Shown in pieces: positions 10,615-18,547 of a stretch of 18,547 nucleotides of DNA; within the stretch, counting starts at the first letter, position 1, and every line of letters begins with the position of its first letter. The stretch covers positions 1 through 18,547 of the forward strand of contig CBDBIJ010000024.1 of assembly GCA_965205655.1 (NCBI GenBank), read 5' to 3'. Source of the DNA: Candidatus Latescibacterota bacterium (GTDB lineage: Bacteria; Latescibacterota; UBA2968; UBA8231). Below the pieces are notes generated by a model. The model worked only from the letters and a program-made list of their open reading frames with translations, was not told where the DNA came from and made no database searches. Both the position numbers and the translations under genes were made by a program.

Positions 10615-11628
10615 CTACAGTGCGAGCGGCTCAAGCCGGGTGGCTTCGGTAACACCCGGAATCCGGCCGCGCTTCGCAATCGGCTTGCCGTCTATTTCTT
10701 TCACATCCATCGTAAAATCGATCGGTGGCGCGGCGCTGATGGCGCTGCCGACCCCGAACATGTCCACCGGCGCGCCGGCTTTCCGAAAATTGCCGATTCG
10801 CTCGGTGTCCAGGCCACCCGACACGACGATCTTCACCGCCCCGTGACCGGCCTGGTTCAGGCGCGCCCGCACCTCTTTGACCAACCCCGATGTCACACCT
10901 CCGCGTTCGCTCGGCGTATCGAGCCTCACACCCCACAAGCGGTTGCCGAGGGCCTCGGCGACCCGCAAGCTTTCCTCCGCCTCATCCCTGAATGTGTCGA
11001 CGAGAATGATGCGCTTGACCTCCGGATCGATAACGCGATCGAACTCGGCCGCCGCCACCAACGTGTCCCCCATGGCGAGGATGAGGCCGTGCGGAAGCGT
11101 CCCGCTCGGCTCGATCCCGGCAAGCTGAGCGCCCAGGGTCGTGGCGCAGCCCGCGCACCCGGCCAGACACGCCGCGTACTCCATGCGACCACTGACGTCG
11201 GGGTGGACGTGCCGGGCTCCGAAACAAATGACCGGTATCTCCCCGGCCACCCGAACGACGTCGTAGGCCGCGCTGGCCCAGCCCGTACCGCTCGCGAGGA
11301 TGCCGAGGATCGCCGTCTCGTACAGACAGAAGCTTCGGTAGGGCGCCTTGATTCTCAGCACCACATCGGCCGACGAGAGCTGGGTACCTTCCTTCAGACC
11401 CCACACCTGGGAACCCGGCGGCAACACTTGGCGCAGCAGGGCATGCACTTCCCTCATCCCGCTCAGCATCGATGGTTCGCGGGTGAACACGTCGGCGACG
11501 GCGGTCGGATTCAGGTCCTCAGCTTCCAGCACCTGTTTGCCGCGCTGGAAATAGATATCGGCGTTTGCGCCTTCGAGCGTCAGAGTGCTGGGAGCGAAAA
11601 GCTCCTCTGCCGAGGATCTATCACCCAT
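10615..11628 (-). CDS. pncB: Nicotinate phosphoribosyltransferase, short type
   Basis: 'DIYF', 'YETAILG', 'FGARH', 'GTLPH', 'LVDTF', 'GVRLDT', 'VSGGL' and 'FGVGS'. Start taken as ATG 11628 (337 aa), 11 bp after the pncA stop. Adjacency to a nicotinamidase supports the call. Confidence 0.88.
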   Translation of the reverse strand: MGDRSSAEELFAPSTLTLEGANADIYFQRGKQVLEAEDLNPTAVADVFTREPSMLSGMREVHALLRQVLPPGSQVWGLKEGTQLSSADVVLRIKAPYRSFCLYETAILGILASGTGWASAAYDVVRVAGEIPVICFGARHVHPDVSGRMEYAACLAGCAGCATTLGAQLAGIEPSGTLPHGLILAMGDTLVAAAEFDRVIDPEVKRIILVDTFRDEAEESLRVAEALGNRLWGVRLDTPSERGGVTSGLVKEVRARLNQAGHGAVKIVVSGGLDTERIGNFRKAGAPVDMFGVGSAISAAPPIDFTMDVKEIDGKPIAKRGRIPGVTEATRLEPLAL

Positions 11629-11639
11629 CGAAGCCGCGG

Positions 11640-12167
11640 CTACCGGTTCGTGATCCGAGCGCCGAGTATCTTCTCCATGTGCTCGAGAGCCCACTCGTGC
11701 TGGTGTCGATCAAAACTGGCGACGCAATCGGCCGGAACTTCCACTTTGTAGTCGCGGTCGCGCAGGCCGGAAACCGTGTGCATGACGCAGATGTCGGTAC
11801 AGTCACCCATCACCACAACTTCGTCCGTGTGCAGGTCGGAGAGCTGCTCTGCGAGATCCGTTTCGAAGAACGCCGAATAGCGTCTCTTGACGATGCGCCG
11901 CGCATCACGCGCCAGATCGCTGAGCTCGTCGATGATCTCCTCTTCACCCGACCCCTCGACGCAATGAGGCGGAAACATCTCGAACTCCTTGTCATCGCGC
12001 ACGTGGGTGTCCTGCGTGAAAAAAACGGTCGCCCCTGCTGCGAGTTCCCGCTCGATGCGCTGTCTTATGGGCTGTATGATCGAACGCGCTTCTTCGCCGC
12101 AGTATAGCGTACCGTCCGGCGCCATGAAGCCGCGCTGCATATCGACGACGATAACTGCCCTGGCCAT
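11640..12167 (-). CDS. pncA: Nicotinamidase (isochorismatase-family cysteine hydrolase)
   Basis: Catalytic D in 'VDMQRGF', K in 'KRRYSAF' and C in 'TDICV'. Metal-ligand region 'QDTH...EF..FPPHC'. Lies next to pncB. Confidence 0.85.
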   Translation of the reverse strand: MARAVIVVDMQRGFMAPDGTLYCGEEARSIIQPIRQRIERELAAGATVFFTQDTHVRDDKEFEMFPPHCVEGSGEEEIIDELSDLARDARRIVKRRYSAFFETDLAEQLSDLHTDEVVVMGDCTDICVMHTVSGLRDRDYKVEVPADCVASFDRHQHEWALEHMEKILGARITNR

Positions 12168-12204
12168 AGTGGGTTCCCAGCCTCGATCGAGCGCTTTTTG
12201 ACCG

Positions 12205-12237
12205 CGATAGCTCGGTATCGCCGATCGCTCCGTATCG
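12205..12237. repeat. Two tandem 16-bp quasi-palindromic repeats (17-bp period) in the lpdA-pncA spacer
   Basis: CGATAGCTCGGTATCG (12205-12220) and CGATCGCTCCGTATCG (12222-12237) are 14/16 identical, and each reads CGAT-N8-ATCG. Confidence 0.7.
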
Positions 12238-12240
12238 GGA

Positions 12241-13629
12241 TCACTCCTGGATCGACCAGGCGGCCTCCTTGATCACCTCGGACAAGCTCGGGTGAGCGTG
12301 GATGGTGCGGGCGATATCCTCGGAGCTAGCGGCGAACTCCATCGCACTAACTCCCTCCGCGATCAGATGCGACGCCTGCGGGCCGAGGATATGCATGCCG
12401 AGAACTCGATCGGTGCCGGCGTCGGCCACGATCTTGACCAGACCGTCGGTCGAATCCATACAGTGAGCCCGCGCGTTCGCCCGAAACTGGTATTTGCCAA
12501 CCTTGACTTCGTGCCCCGCCTCCTCCGCCTCCGCCTCCGTCATTCCCACCGAGGCCACTTCCGGGTTCGTGTAGACTACGTTCGGCACGGCAGAGTAGTT
12601 CACATGTCCGGCCCGACCTGCCATCAGCTCTACCGCTGCAACCCCTTCAGCTTCCGCTTTGTGAGCGAGCATCGGACCTGGGATCAGATCGCCGATGGCG
12701 TATAGGCCCTTGACGCTCGTTTGATATTCATCGTCCACGACGACGAAGCCGCGCCCGTCTACCTCGACCCCGAGAGCCTCGATCTGGGAATCCTCCCTAA
12801 ATGGCCGTCGTCCTACGGCCACCAGGACGCAATCGCACGGCGCCACCCATTTCTCCTCGCCGTCTTTGGAAACGATCGTCAGGCGCACCTCGTCGTTGCG
12901 AATTTCCACCCCCTCGGCGCTCGTTCCCAGCTTGAATGTCAGTCCCTGCTTCTTGAGGACTCGCTCGAGCAGACCAGTAATCTCGCCGTCCATTCCGGGG
13001 ATGATGCTGTCCATGTACTCGACAACGAGCACATCTGAGCCGAGTCGATTCCACACCGATCCCATTTCTAACCCGATCGCCCCGGCGCCGATGACGACGA
13101 GGCGATCCGGCACGCTGGGAAGCTCCAGTGCTTCAGTCGAGCTGATGATGTATTCCTCATCGAATGGCAGGGACGGCAGTTCCGCGGGCGCGCTGCCCAG
13201 AGCGAGAAGAATTCGCTCCGTCTGCAGCTGCTGTGTTCCCTCCTTTCCGTCCACCCGCACGACGCCCGCTCCAGGCACGCTGCCGGTGCCGGCGAAAAAC
13301 TCGACCTTGTGTTTCTTGAAGAGGCCGCCTATCCCCTGGGTCATGCCCTGAACGATCTTCGACTTGCGCGCCATCATGGCGCCCAGATCCAGCTGCAGGT
13401 TGCCGGCCTTGATGCCGTGTGTCTCGAGCCCCTCCGACACCTCGTAGTAACGCTCGCTCGATTCGAGAAGCGCCTTGCTCGGGATGCATCCAACATTCAG
13501 GCAGGTCCCGCCCAAGGCGTCCTTGTCTACACACGCCACGTGCATTCCCAGCTCGGCGGCTCGCAGGGCGGCTACGTAGCCACCCGGACCGGCGCCGATG
13601 ACGACGAGATTAAACTTCGCTGCTGCCAT
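12241..13629 (-). CDS. lpdA: Dihydrolipoamide dehydrogenase (E3)
   Basis: FAD motif 'IGAGPGGY', redox disulfide 'GGTCLNVGCIPSK', NAD motif 'GAGAIGLE', 'PMLAHKA' and 'HAHPSLSE'. The start overlaps the sucB stop (TGATG). Confidence 0.97.
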   Translation of the reverse strand: MAAAKFNLVVIGAGPGGYVAALRAAELGMHVACVDKDALGGTCLNVGCIPSKALLESSERYYEVSEGLETHGIKAGNLQLDLGAMMARKSKIVQGMTQGIGGLFKKHKVEFFAGTGSVPGAGVVRVDGKEGTQQLQTERILLALGSAPAELPSLPFDEEYIISSTEALELPSVPDRLVVIGAGAIGLEMGSVWNRLGSDVLVVEYMDSIIPGMDGEITGLLERVLKKQGLTFKLGTSAEGVEIRNDEVRLTIVSKDGEEKWVAPCDCVLVAVGRRPFREDSQIEALGVEVDGRGFVVVDDEYQTSVKGLYAIGDLIPGPMLAHKAEAEGVAAVELMAGRAGHVNYSAVPNVVYTNPEVASVGMTEAEAEEAGHEVKVGKYQFRANARAHCMDSTDGLVKIVADAGTDRVLGMHILGPQASHLIAEGVSAMEFAASSEDIARTIHAHPSLSEVIKEAAWSIQE

Positions 13630-14975
13630 CAGATCTCGAGCATCAGCCTGGGTGGATCCTCGAGCAATTCCTTGATTCGAACAAGGAAGGTCACCGACTT
13701 CTCTCCGTCGATGATGCGGTGATCGTAGGAAAGCGCCAGGTACATCATCGGCCGCACCTCCACGCTGCCGTTGACGACGTTCGGCCGCTCCTTGATGGCG
13801 TGCATGCCCAGGATGCCGCTCTGCGGCGGATTCAGGATCGGCGTCGACAGCAGCGACCCGAAGACGCCGCCGTTCGTGATCGTGAAGGTGCCACCGCTGA
13901 GCTCGTCGATGGTGAGCTTGTTGTCGCGTGCGGCCCCCGCCAGACGCTTGATCTCCGCCTCGGTCTGCGCCATCGACATCAGCTCGGCGTTTCGCAGCAC
14001 CGGCACCAGCAGGCCGCGCTCCGAGGACACGGCGATGCCGAGGTTGACGTAGTCGTGGTAGACGATGTCCGTGTCGTCGATGCTGGCGTTCACATCGGGG
14101 AATTCCTGCAGCGCCTGCACCGTGGCGCGCGAGAAGAACGACATCAAACCGAGCGACACGCCGTGCTTTTCCGCGAAGCGCTCCTTGTGACGCTTGCGCA
14201 GCGACATCACCTCTCCCAGATCGACCTCGTTGAAGGTCGTCAGCATGGCGGCGTTGCGCTGAGCCGACACCAGGCGCTCCGCGATTCGCAGCCGGATCTT
14301 CGTCATCGGCACGCGTCTGGTGTCGTCACTGCCGGCAGCTGGCGTGGCCGGTTTTGGAGCTGGCGCCGGTGTGGCGGGTGCCGAGGTTGGTTCCGCTGCT
14401 GCCGGCTTCGCGGGTGCGGGAGGCGTTGGTGTCGCAGTCGGCTTCACCGCCCCATCCCCATCCCGCTCGCGCTCCTTCAGATATGCCAGAATGTCCTGTT
14501 TGATGATCCTGCCACCGCGACCAGTCCCCACGATCTGGCCCGGATCGACGTCGTTTTCCTCCACCAGACGGCGAACGGCAGGACTGAGATCATCGAGGCC
14601 GGCGCTGCCGTCACCGTCGGGCGCTGCCGCTGCGGGGGCTGGTGCAGGCGCCGGTGCAGATGGCGGCTCATCTTCGTCTGCTTCCTTGTCGACCGGCGCC
14701 GGCGCAGCGGCGGCGGCAGGGGCAGCGTCGGAAGGCGAGGCTGCATCGTCGATGCTCGCTATTGAAGCCCCCACATCGAGAGTGGCATCCACGTCGGCCG
14801 TCGGGTGGAGGACACCGGAGGCGGGCGCCGGCAGATCCACATTCGCCTTGTCCGTCTCCAGAACGCAGATCGGCTCGTCCCGCTCCACGTACTCCCCCTC
14901 CCCCTTGATCCACTCCAGCAGAACCACCTCACTGATCGACTCACCCATGTCGGGAATAGGCACATCAACCGCCAT
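13629..14975 (-). CDS. sucB: 2-oxoglutarate dehydrogenase E2, dihydrolipoyllysine succinyltransferase
   Basis: One lipoyl domain ('LETDKANV'), Pro/Ala linkers, a subunit-binding domain ('LSPAVRRL...GTGRGGRI'), '[10 protein letters not shown]', '[16 protein letters not shown]' and catalytic 'YDHRIIDG'. AAGGAGA ribosome-binding site upstream. Confidence 0.96.
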   Translation of the reverse strand: MAVDVPIPDMGESISEVVLLEWIKGEGEYVERDEPICVLETDKANVDLPAPASGVLHPTADVDATLDVGASIASIDDAASPSDAAPAAAAAPAPVDKEADEDEPPSAPAPAPAPAAAAPDGDGSAGLDDLSPAVRRLVEENDVDPGQIVGTGRGGRIIKQDILAYLKERERDGDGAVKPTATPTPPAPAKPAAAEPTSAPATPAPAPKPATPAAGSDDTRRVPMTKIRLRIAERLVSAQRNAAMLTTFNEVDLGEVMSLRKRHKERFAEKHGVSLGLMSFFSRATVQALQEFPDVNASIDDTDIVYHDYVNLGIAVSSERGLLVPVLRNAELMSMAQTEAEIKRLAGAARDNKLTIDELSGGTFTITNGGVFGSLLSTPILNPPQSGILGMHAIKERPNVVNGSVEVRPMMYLALSYDHRIIDGEKSVTFLVRIKELLEDPPRLMLEI

Positions 14976-15029
14976 CCATCAGTCTCCTTGAAATGACCCT
15001 AGCGCTCTATCCATATCAGGCTTGCCCCA

Positions 15030-15085
15030 CAAGATCGCGCCGTGTGCGATCTTGAAGAGGTTCATGATCTGCGATCATGAACCTC
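15030..15085. other. Two adjacent perfect inverted repeats (hairpins) at the sucA-sucB junction
   Basis: CAAGATCGC-N7-GCGATCTTG (15030-15054) and GAGGTTCATGATC-TGC-GATCATGAACCTC (15057-15085). The second includes the sucA stop codon. No U-tract follows either. Confidence 0.75.
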
Positions 15086-17960
15086 CGTCTCCGGTGCCCG
15101 CTTTTCGAGACCGCTTCACGTCTTCGAGAATCAGCTCCTTGGCGCTCAGATCCATCGCTTGTTCGACAATCTCCTGCTGCTCCGCGTGATGTTGTTTGGC
15201 ATCTCCGACCGCAGGACTCGCCGCTTCGTCTCGACCCGCGTAGCGCACCTGTTTGGCCGCCGGCAGGACCTCGTCCATCAGAGGCTGAAGGAAATACCAG
15301 GCACCCATGTTCATCGACTCCTCCTGGGCCCATAGATACTCCTCCGCATTCGGATAGCGATCGAAGACCGTGCGCAGCTCCTCTTCGGGAAACGGATAGA
15401 GCTGCTCGACGCGCACGATGGCGACTTCATCGAGTCCCTTCTCTTCCCGCCCTGCCGCCAGGTCGTAGTATACCTTTCCCGTGCACATCACGACGCGCCG
15501 CACCCTCTCCGGCTCGGTGGCATTCGCGTCGTCGATGACGTTGAGAAAGCCGCCCCTGGCGAACTCGGAAATATGGGAGACGCAACTTCTGTGGCGCAGC
15601 AGGCTCTTCGGCGTCATGACGATGAGGGGCTTGCGGAACACGCGGTGTATCTGGCGACGCAGGGCGTGAAAGATTTGCGCCGGCGTCGTCGGATAGATCA
15701 CCTGCATGTTCTTCTTGGCGCACAGTTGCAGGAATCGCTCCAAGCGGGCGCTTGAGTGCTCCGGTCCCATGCCCTCGTAGCCGTGCGGCAGCAACATGAC
15801 GATGCCGCTCATGCGGTGCCACTTCGCCTCGCCGCCGCTGATGTACTGATCGATTATCAGCTGGGCGCCGTTGGCGAAATCGCCGAACTGGGCTTCCCAC
15901 ATGATGAGCCGCCGCGGGTCGGCGGAGCTGATTCCGTACTCGAAGCCGAGAACGGCGAGCTCTGAGAGCATGGTGTTGACTACCTCGAAGGCGGCCTGAT
16001 CGCGGGAGAGGTTCGACAGCGGGTCGTATTTCTCTCCTGTCTTCGTGTCGTGCCATACGGCATGCCGGTGGGCGAAGGTGCCGCGCTGGACGTCCTGCCC
16101 CACGAGGCGCACCGGTACCTTTTCGGTAAGCAGCGTGCCGTAAGCGAGCATCTCTCCGCAGCCCCAGTCCACTGGCTTTTTCCCATCCACCATTTCCCGT
16201 CTCGACGCCATTATCCGCTCCACCGTCCTGTGCACGTTGAATCCCTCGGGAATTCCAGTCGCCCGCTGGGCAATCCGTTTTAGCTTGCTCTCGGGCACTC
16301 CGGTGTCTGCCTCCCAGTCGTCGCCTGCCATCGCCAGGCCCTGCCAGGAGCCCCCGAAGCTCTGCGTGCGCGGCTTCACCTTCAGGCGTTTCGCTTTTTC
16401 TTGACTCCGGTCGAGGGTGGCCCGCACCTCCGTGCGCATGTCCTCAACCTCCTCCTCAGCAATCGCCCCCTCGGCAATGAGCCGTTCGGCGTATAGGGTG
16501 GCAACGGTCGGGTGCTTGCCGATCTGCCCGTACATCAGCGGCGACGTCACGGTCGGGTCGTCCGCTTCGTTGTGGCCGTGCCGGCGATAGCCCACCAGAT
16601 CGATGAGGACGTCCTTTTTGAAATGTTCCCGGTACTGCATCGCAAGCTGGGCCGCGTAAACGACGGCTTCCGGGTCGTCGGCGTTGACGTGAATGACAGG
16701 CGCCTGAAGTGCCCGGGCGCCGTCAGTGGCATAGGTCGTGAATCTCGTCTCCTCCGGAGTCGCCGTGTACCCGAGCTGATTGTTGACGATAACGTGAATG
16801 GTGCCGCCGTTCTGATAGCCTTCGAGCTGGGCCAGATTCAGCGTCTCGGTGACGATCCCCTGGCCGCAGAACGCGGCTTCCCCGTGAATTTGCAGCGGCA
16901 CGACTCGGTCTCGTTCGGTGTCGTGAAGGTAATCCTGCTTGGCCAGAACCATGCCCTCGATGATGGGATTGACCAGCTCGAGGTGACTCGGATTCGGGCA
17001 CAACGACAGATGCATCTTGTTTCCTTGCTTGGTCACGAAGTCATACGAATAGCCCTGATGATATTTGACGTCGCCCTCGTCTTCCGCCCCCTCGCTCCGC
17101 GCCGCCCCTTCGAACTCCGCCAGAATCAACTCGTACGGCTTGTGGAGGATATGAGCCAGGACGTTGAGGCGGCCGCGGTGTGCCATACCCATGACCATCT
17201 CCTCAGAACCGAGCGCCGACCCCGTCTCTACGAGCGCGTCGAGCAGTGGCAGCAGCGACTCGCAGCCCTCCACGGAAAACCGCTTCTGTCCCAGATATCT
17301 GGTGTGCAGGAACTGCTCGAATTCCTCCGACTCGATGACCTCCCACAGAATCCTGTGCTTCTGCTCTGCCGTGATGTCGGGGTGATTGAGAACGGGCTCG
17401 ATCCTCTCTCCGAACCAGACCCGCTCTTCTCGCTCGGCGATGCCCATGTACTCCATACCAAGGGTGCCGCAGAAGGTCTTTCGCAGCACATCGATCAGGG
17501 CGACGAGGGAGCCGTCCGTCTTGTAGCGGAAGCCGCCGAAGCCGACCCCTTTTTCGAGATCGGCGTCGCCCAAACTGAATTCCGACAGCTCGAGGAATGG
17601 ATGGCTGGTGGGGTTGTTGCCGAGGGGGTCGAGATTCGCGATCCGGTGCCCATGCTGGCGGTAGGCTTCGACGAGTGCGAAGACTCCCTTGTCGGTGCGC
17701 TCCCTGCGGGTTCGACGCTCCGAGCCGTCCTCGGCCGGCTCCTCTGTGGCTTTCGGCGCCGGCGCGGCTGGACCTGCGGCTGCTGGGGCCTTCCCCCCAG
17801 CCCCATCGACTTCGTCCTCCTCGGCCAGCAAGTAGCCGTAGTCGAACCCCTTGAAGAACGTCGCCCATTCGGCCTCCACCGAGGACGGATCCGCCTCGTA
17901 CTGTTCGTACAGAGTTTCTATGTAGTCCCTGTTCTCGCCACTCAGATCCATAGTCGCCAT
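15075..17960 (-). CDS. sucA: 2-oxoglutarate dehydrogenase E1 component
   Basis: 'GQKRFSVEG', 'GMAHRGRLNVL', 'GDVKYHQG', 'NPSHLE', 'YRRHGHNEADDP', 'RGTFAHRH', 'WEAQFGDFANGAQ' and 'LLPHGYEGMGPEHSSAR'. The likely start is ATG 17960 (961 aa) with AGGA upstream; ATG 17951 is an alternative. Confidence 0.96.
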   Translation of the reverse strand: MATMDLSGENRDYIETLYEQYEADPSSVEAEWATFFKGFDYGYLLAEEDEVDGAGGKAPAAAGPAAPAPKATEEPAEDGSERRTRRERTDKGVFALVEAYRQHGHRIANLDPLGNNPTSHPFLELSEFSLGDADLEKGVGFGGFRYKTDGSLVALIDVLRKTFCGTLGMEYMGIAEREERVWFGERIEPVLNHPDITAEQKHRILWEVIESEEFEQFLHTRYLGQKRFSVEGCESLLPLLDALVETGSALGSEEMVMGMAHRGRLNVLAHILHKPYELILAEFEGAARSEGAEDEGDVKYHQGYSYDFVTKQGNKMHLSLCPNPSHLELVNPIIEGMVLAKQDYLHDTERDRVVPLQIHGEAAFCGQGIVTETLNLAQLEGYQNGGTIHVIVNNQLGYTATPEETRFTTYATDGARALQAPVIHVNADDPEAVVYAAQLAMQYREHFKKDVLIDLVGYRRHGHNEADDPTVTSPLMYGQIGKHPTVATLYAERLIAEGAIAEEEVEDMRTEVRATLDRSQEKAKRLKVKPRTQSFGGSWQGLAMAGDDWEADTGVPESKLKRIAQRATGIPEGFNVHRTVERIMASRREMVDGKKPVDWGCGEMLAYGTLLTEKVPVRLVGQDVQRGTFAHRHAVWHDTKTGEKYDPLSNLSRDQAAFEVVNTMLSELAVLGFEYGISSADPRRLIMWEAQFGDFANGAQLIIDQYISGGEAKWHRMSGIVMLLPHGYEGMGPEHSSARLERFLQLCAKKNMQVIYPTTPAQIFHALRRQIHRVFRKPLIVMTPKSLLRHRSCVSHISEFARGGFLNVIDDANATEPERVRRVVMCTGKVYYDLAAGREEKGLDEVAIVRVEQLYPFPEEELRTVFDRYPNAEEYLWAQEESMNMGAWYFLQPLMDEVLPAAKQVRYAGRDEAASPAVGDAKQHHAEQQEIVEQAMDLSAKELILEDVKRSRKAGTGDGGS

Positions 17961-18006
17961 GGCTTGTCCTATGCCTTGTTGTTCCAGTGACTTACGGCTG
18001 CGTGAG

Positions 18007-18034
18007 AAGATACCATTTTCGCACGCCAAGGCAA
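18007..18034 (-). promoter_or_regulatory. Putative sigma70-type promoter for sucA
   Basis: On the - strand, TTGCCT (18034-18029), a 16-nt spacer ending in TGG, then TATCTT (18012-18007), giving an extended -10 of the TGn type. It lies about 47 nt upstream of the sucA ATG. Confidence 0.55.
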
Positions 18035-18050
18035 AGGAATTCGCCCCTCC

Positions 18051-18079
18051 TTGAAGCGGTGCAATCCGGCCCCTAGATT
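18051..18079 (+). promoter_or_regulatory. Putative sigma70-type promoter for purL, probably producing a leaderless transcript
   Basis: TTGAAG (18051-18056), a 17-nt spacer and TAGATT (18074-18079), followed 7 nt later by ATG 18087. No Shine-Dalgarno sequence. Confidence 0.6.
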
Positions 18080-18086
18080 ACTATCC

Positions 18087-18547
18087 ATGCCCCTCACCAT
18101 CGATGGACCTGCGGCCCTTTCGGAATTCCGCCGCACGGCTCTGCTGGAGCGGTGTCGGGCGGTCTGTCCCGCCATCCGGGATCTGCAGTCCCATCACTTT
18201 TACATAATCCTCCACGGGGACGCGCGCGCTGCCTGTCACGGGGACGCGCGCGCTGCCTGTGATGACGACCTCTGGCAGCGTCTGAGCCGGGTCCTCGATG
18301 TGGACGAATCGTCCCCGACACTCCATGGTGCGGGAGACTCCTCCGTCGAGGTCCTCATCAGTCCCCGACCCGGCACCATCTCACCGTGGTCTAGCAAAGC
18401 GACCGACATTCTTCGCAACTGCGGCCTCGACGCCGTTGGCCGTATCGAGCGCGGCACTGCCTATCGCTTCGTGGGAAACGGCGAGCTAACCCGGTCATCC
18501 CTTGCAGACGTGCAGCCGCTGCTCTACGACCGCATGACGGAATCAGT
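18087..18547 (+). CDS. purL: Phosphoribosylformylglycinamidine synthase, large single-chain type, 5' part only; runs off the window and is absent from the ORF track
   Basis: My translation reads MPLTIDGPAALSEFRRTALL...VLISPRPGTISPWSSKATDILRNCGLDAVGRIERG...LLYDRMTES. This matches the E. coli-type PurL N-terminal motifs 'ALSAFR', 'PRPGTISPWSSKATDI', 'RLERG' and 'HDRM'. Confidence 0.93.
   Translation, partial: MPLTIDGPAALSEFRRTALLERCRAVCPAIRDLQSHHFYIILHGDARAACHGDARAACDDDLWQRLSRVLDVDESSPTLHGAGDSSVEVLISPRPGTISPWSSKATDILRNCGLDAVGRIERGTAYRFVGNGELTRSSLADVQPLLYDRMTES
18213..18260 (+). repeat. Exact 24-bp tandem duplication inside purL (HGDARAAC twice)
   Basis: CACGGGGACGCGCGCGCTGCCTGT occurs at 18213-18236 and 18237-18260, in frame with purL. 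Confidence 0.95.

Noticed and set aside
10585..11751. 388-aa + strand ORF opposite pncB
   Set aside because: It is an antisense shadow with Arg/Ala/Gly-rich, non-protein-like composition.
14330..14745. Repetitive GC-rich sequence in sucB
   Set aside because: It encodes the expected Pro/Ala-rich linkers between E2 domains and is not a repeat element or CRISPR array.
15030..15077. Selenocysteine or read-through recoding at the sucA UGA because hairpins follow it
   Set aside because: SucA is already complete before the UGA, no catalytic Cys position is involved, and a second in-frame UGA precedes sucB.
16512..17990. 492-aa + strand ORF opposite sucA
   Set aside because: It is an antisense shadow of sucA with no motifs.
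18081..18457. Short - strand ORFs at the right end of the window
   Set aside because: They lie opposite the clearly recognisable purL frame on the + strand.

Overview
GC-rich bacterial chromosomal window made up mostly of core metabolic genes. I see no mobile element, CRISPR array, rRNA or tRNA. On the + strand it opens with the 3' end of a DUF58/vWA-type gene, followed by a SUF Fe-S assembly operon (sufB-sufC-sufD-sufS-sufU-sufT) that ends in an Rrf2-family regulator. The operon's promoter carries a perfect 10-4-10 palindrome over its TTGACA -35 box, a strong candidate operator. Converging on it from the - strand is an eight-gene run: sucA-sucB-lpdA (2-oxoglutarate dehydrogenase), pncA-pncB, a PLP aminotransferase, an atypical response regulator and glutamine-dependent nadE, so a complete nicotinamide-to-NAD+ salvage route sits directly behind the TCA dehydrogenase genes. 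Diverging at the right end is the 5' part of a large single-chain purL that the ORF track missed; it looks leaderless and contains an exact 24-bp in-frame duplication. The best leads are the Rrf2 operator/regulator pair, the receiver protein with an apparently His-less DHp-like tail, an Asp-to-Glu change in the SucA ThDP/Mg motif, twin hairpins at the sucA-sucB junction and a tandem quasi-palindrome upstream of pncA. None of these is shown to be a new system, and all gene calls rest on recognising motifs by eye rather than on database searches.
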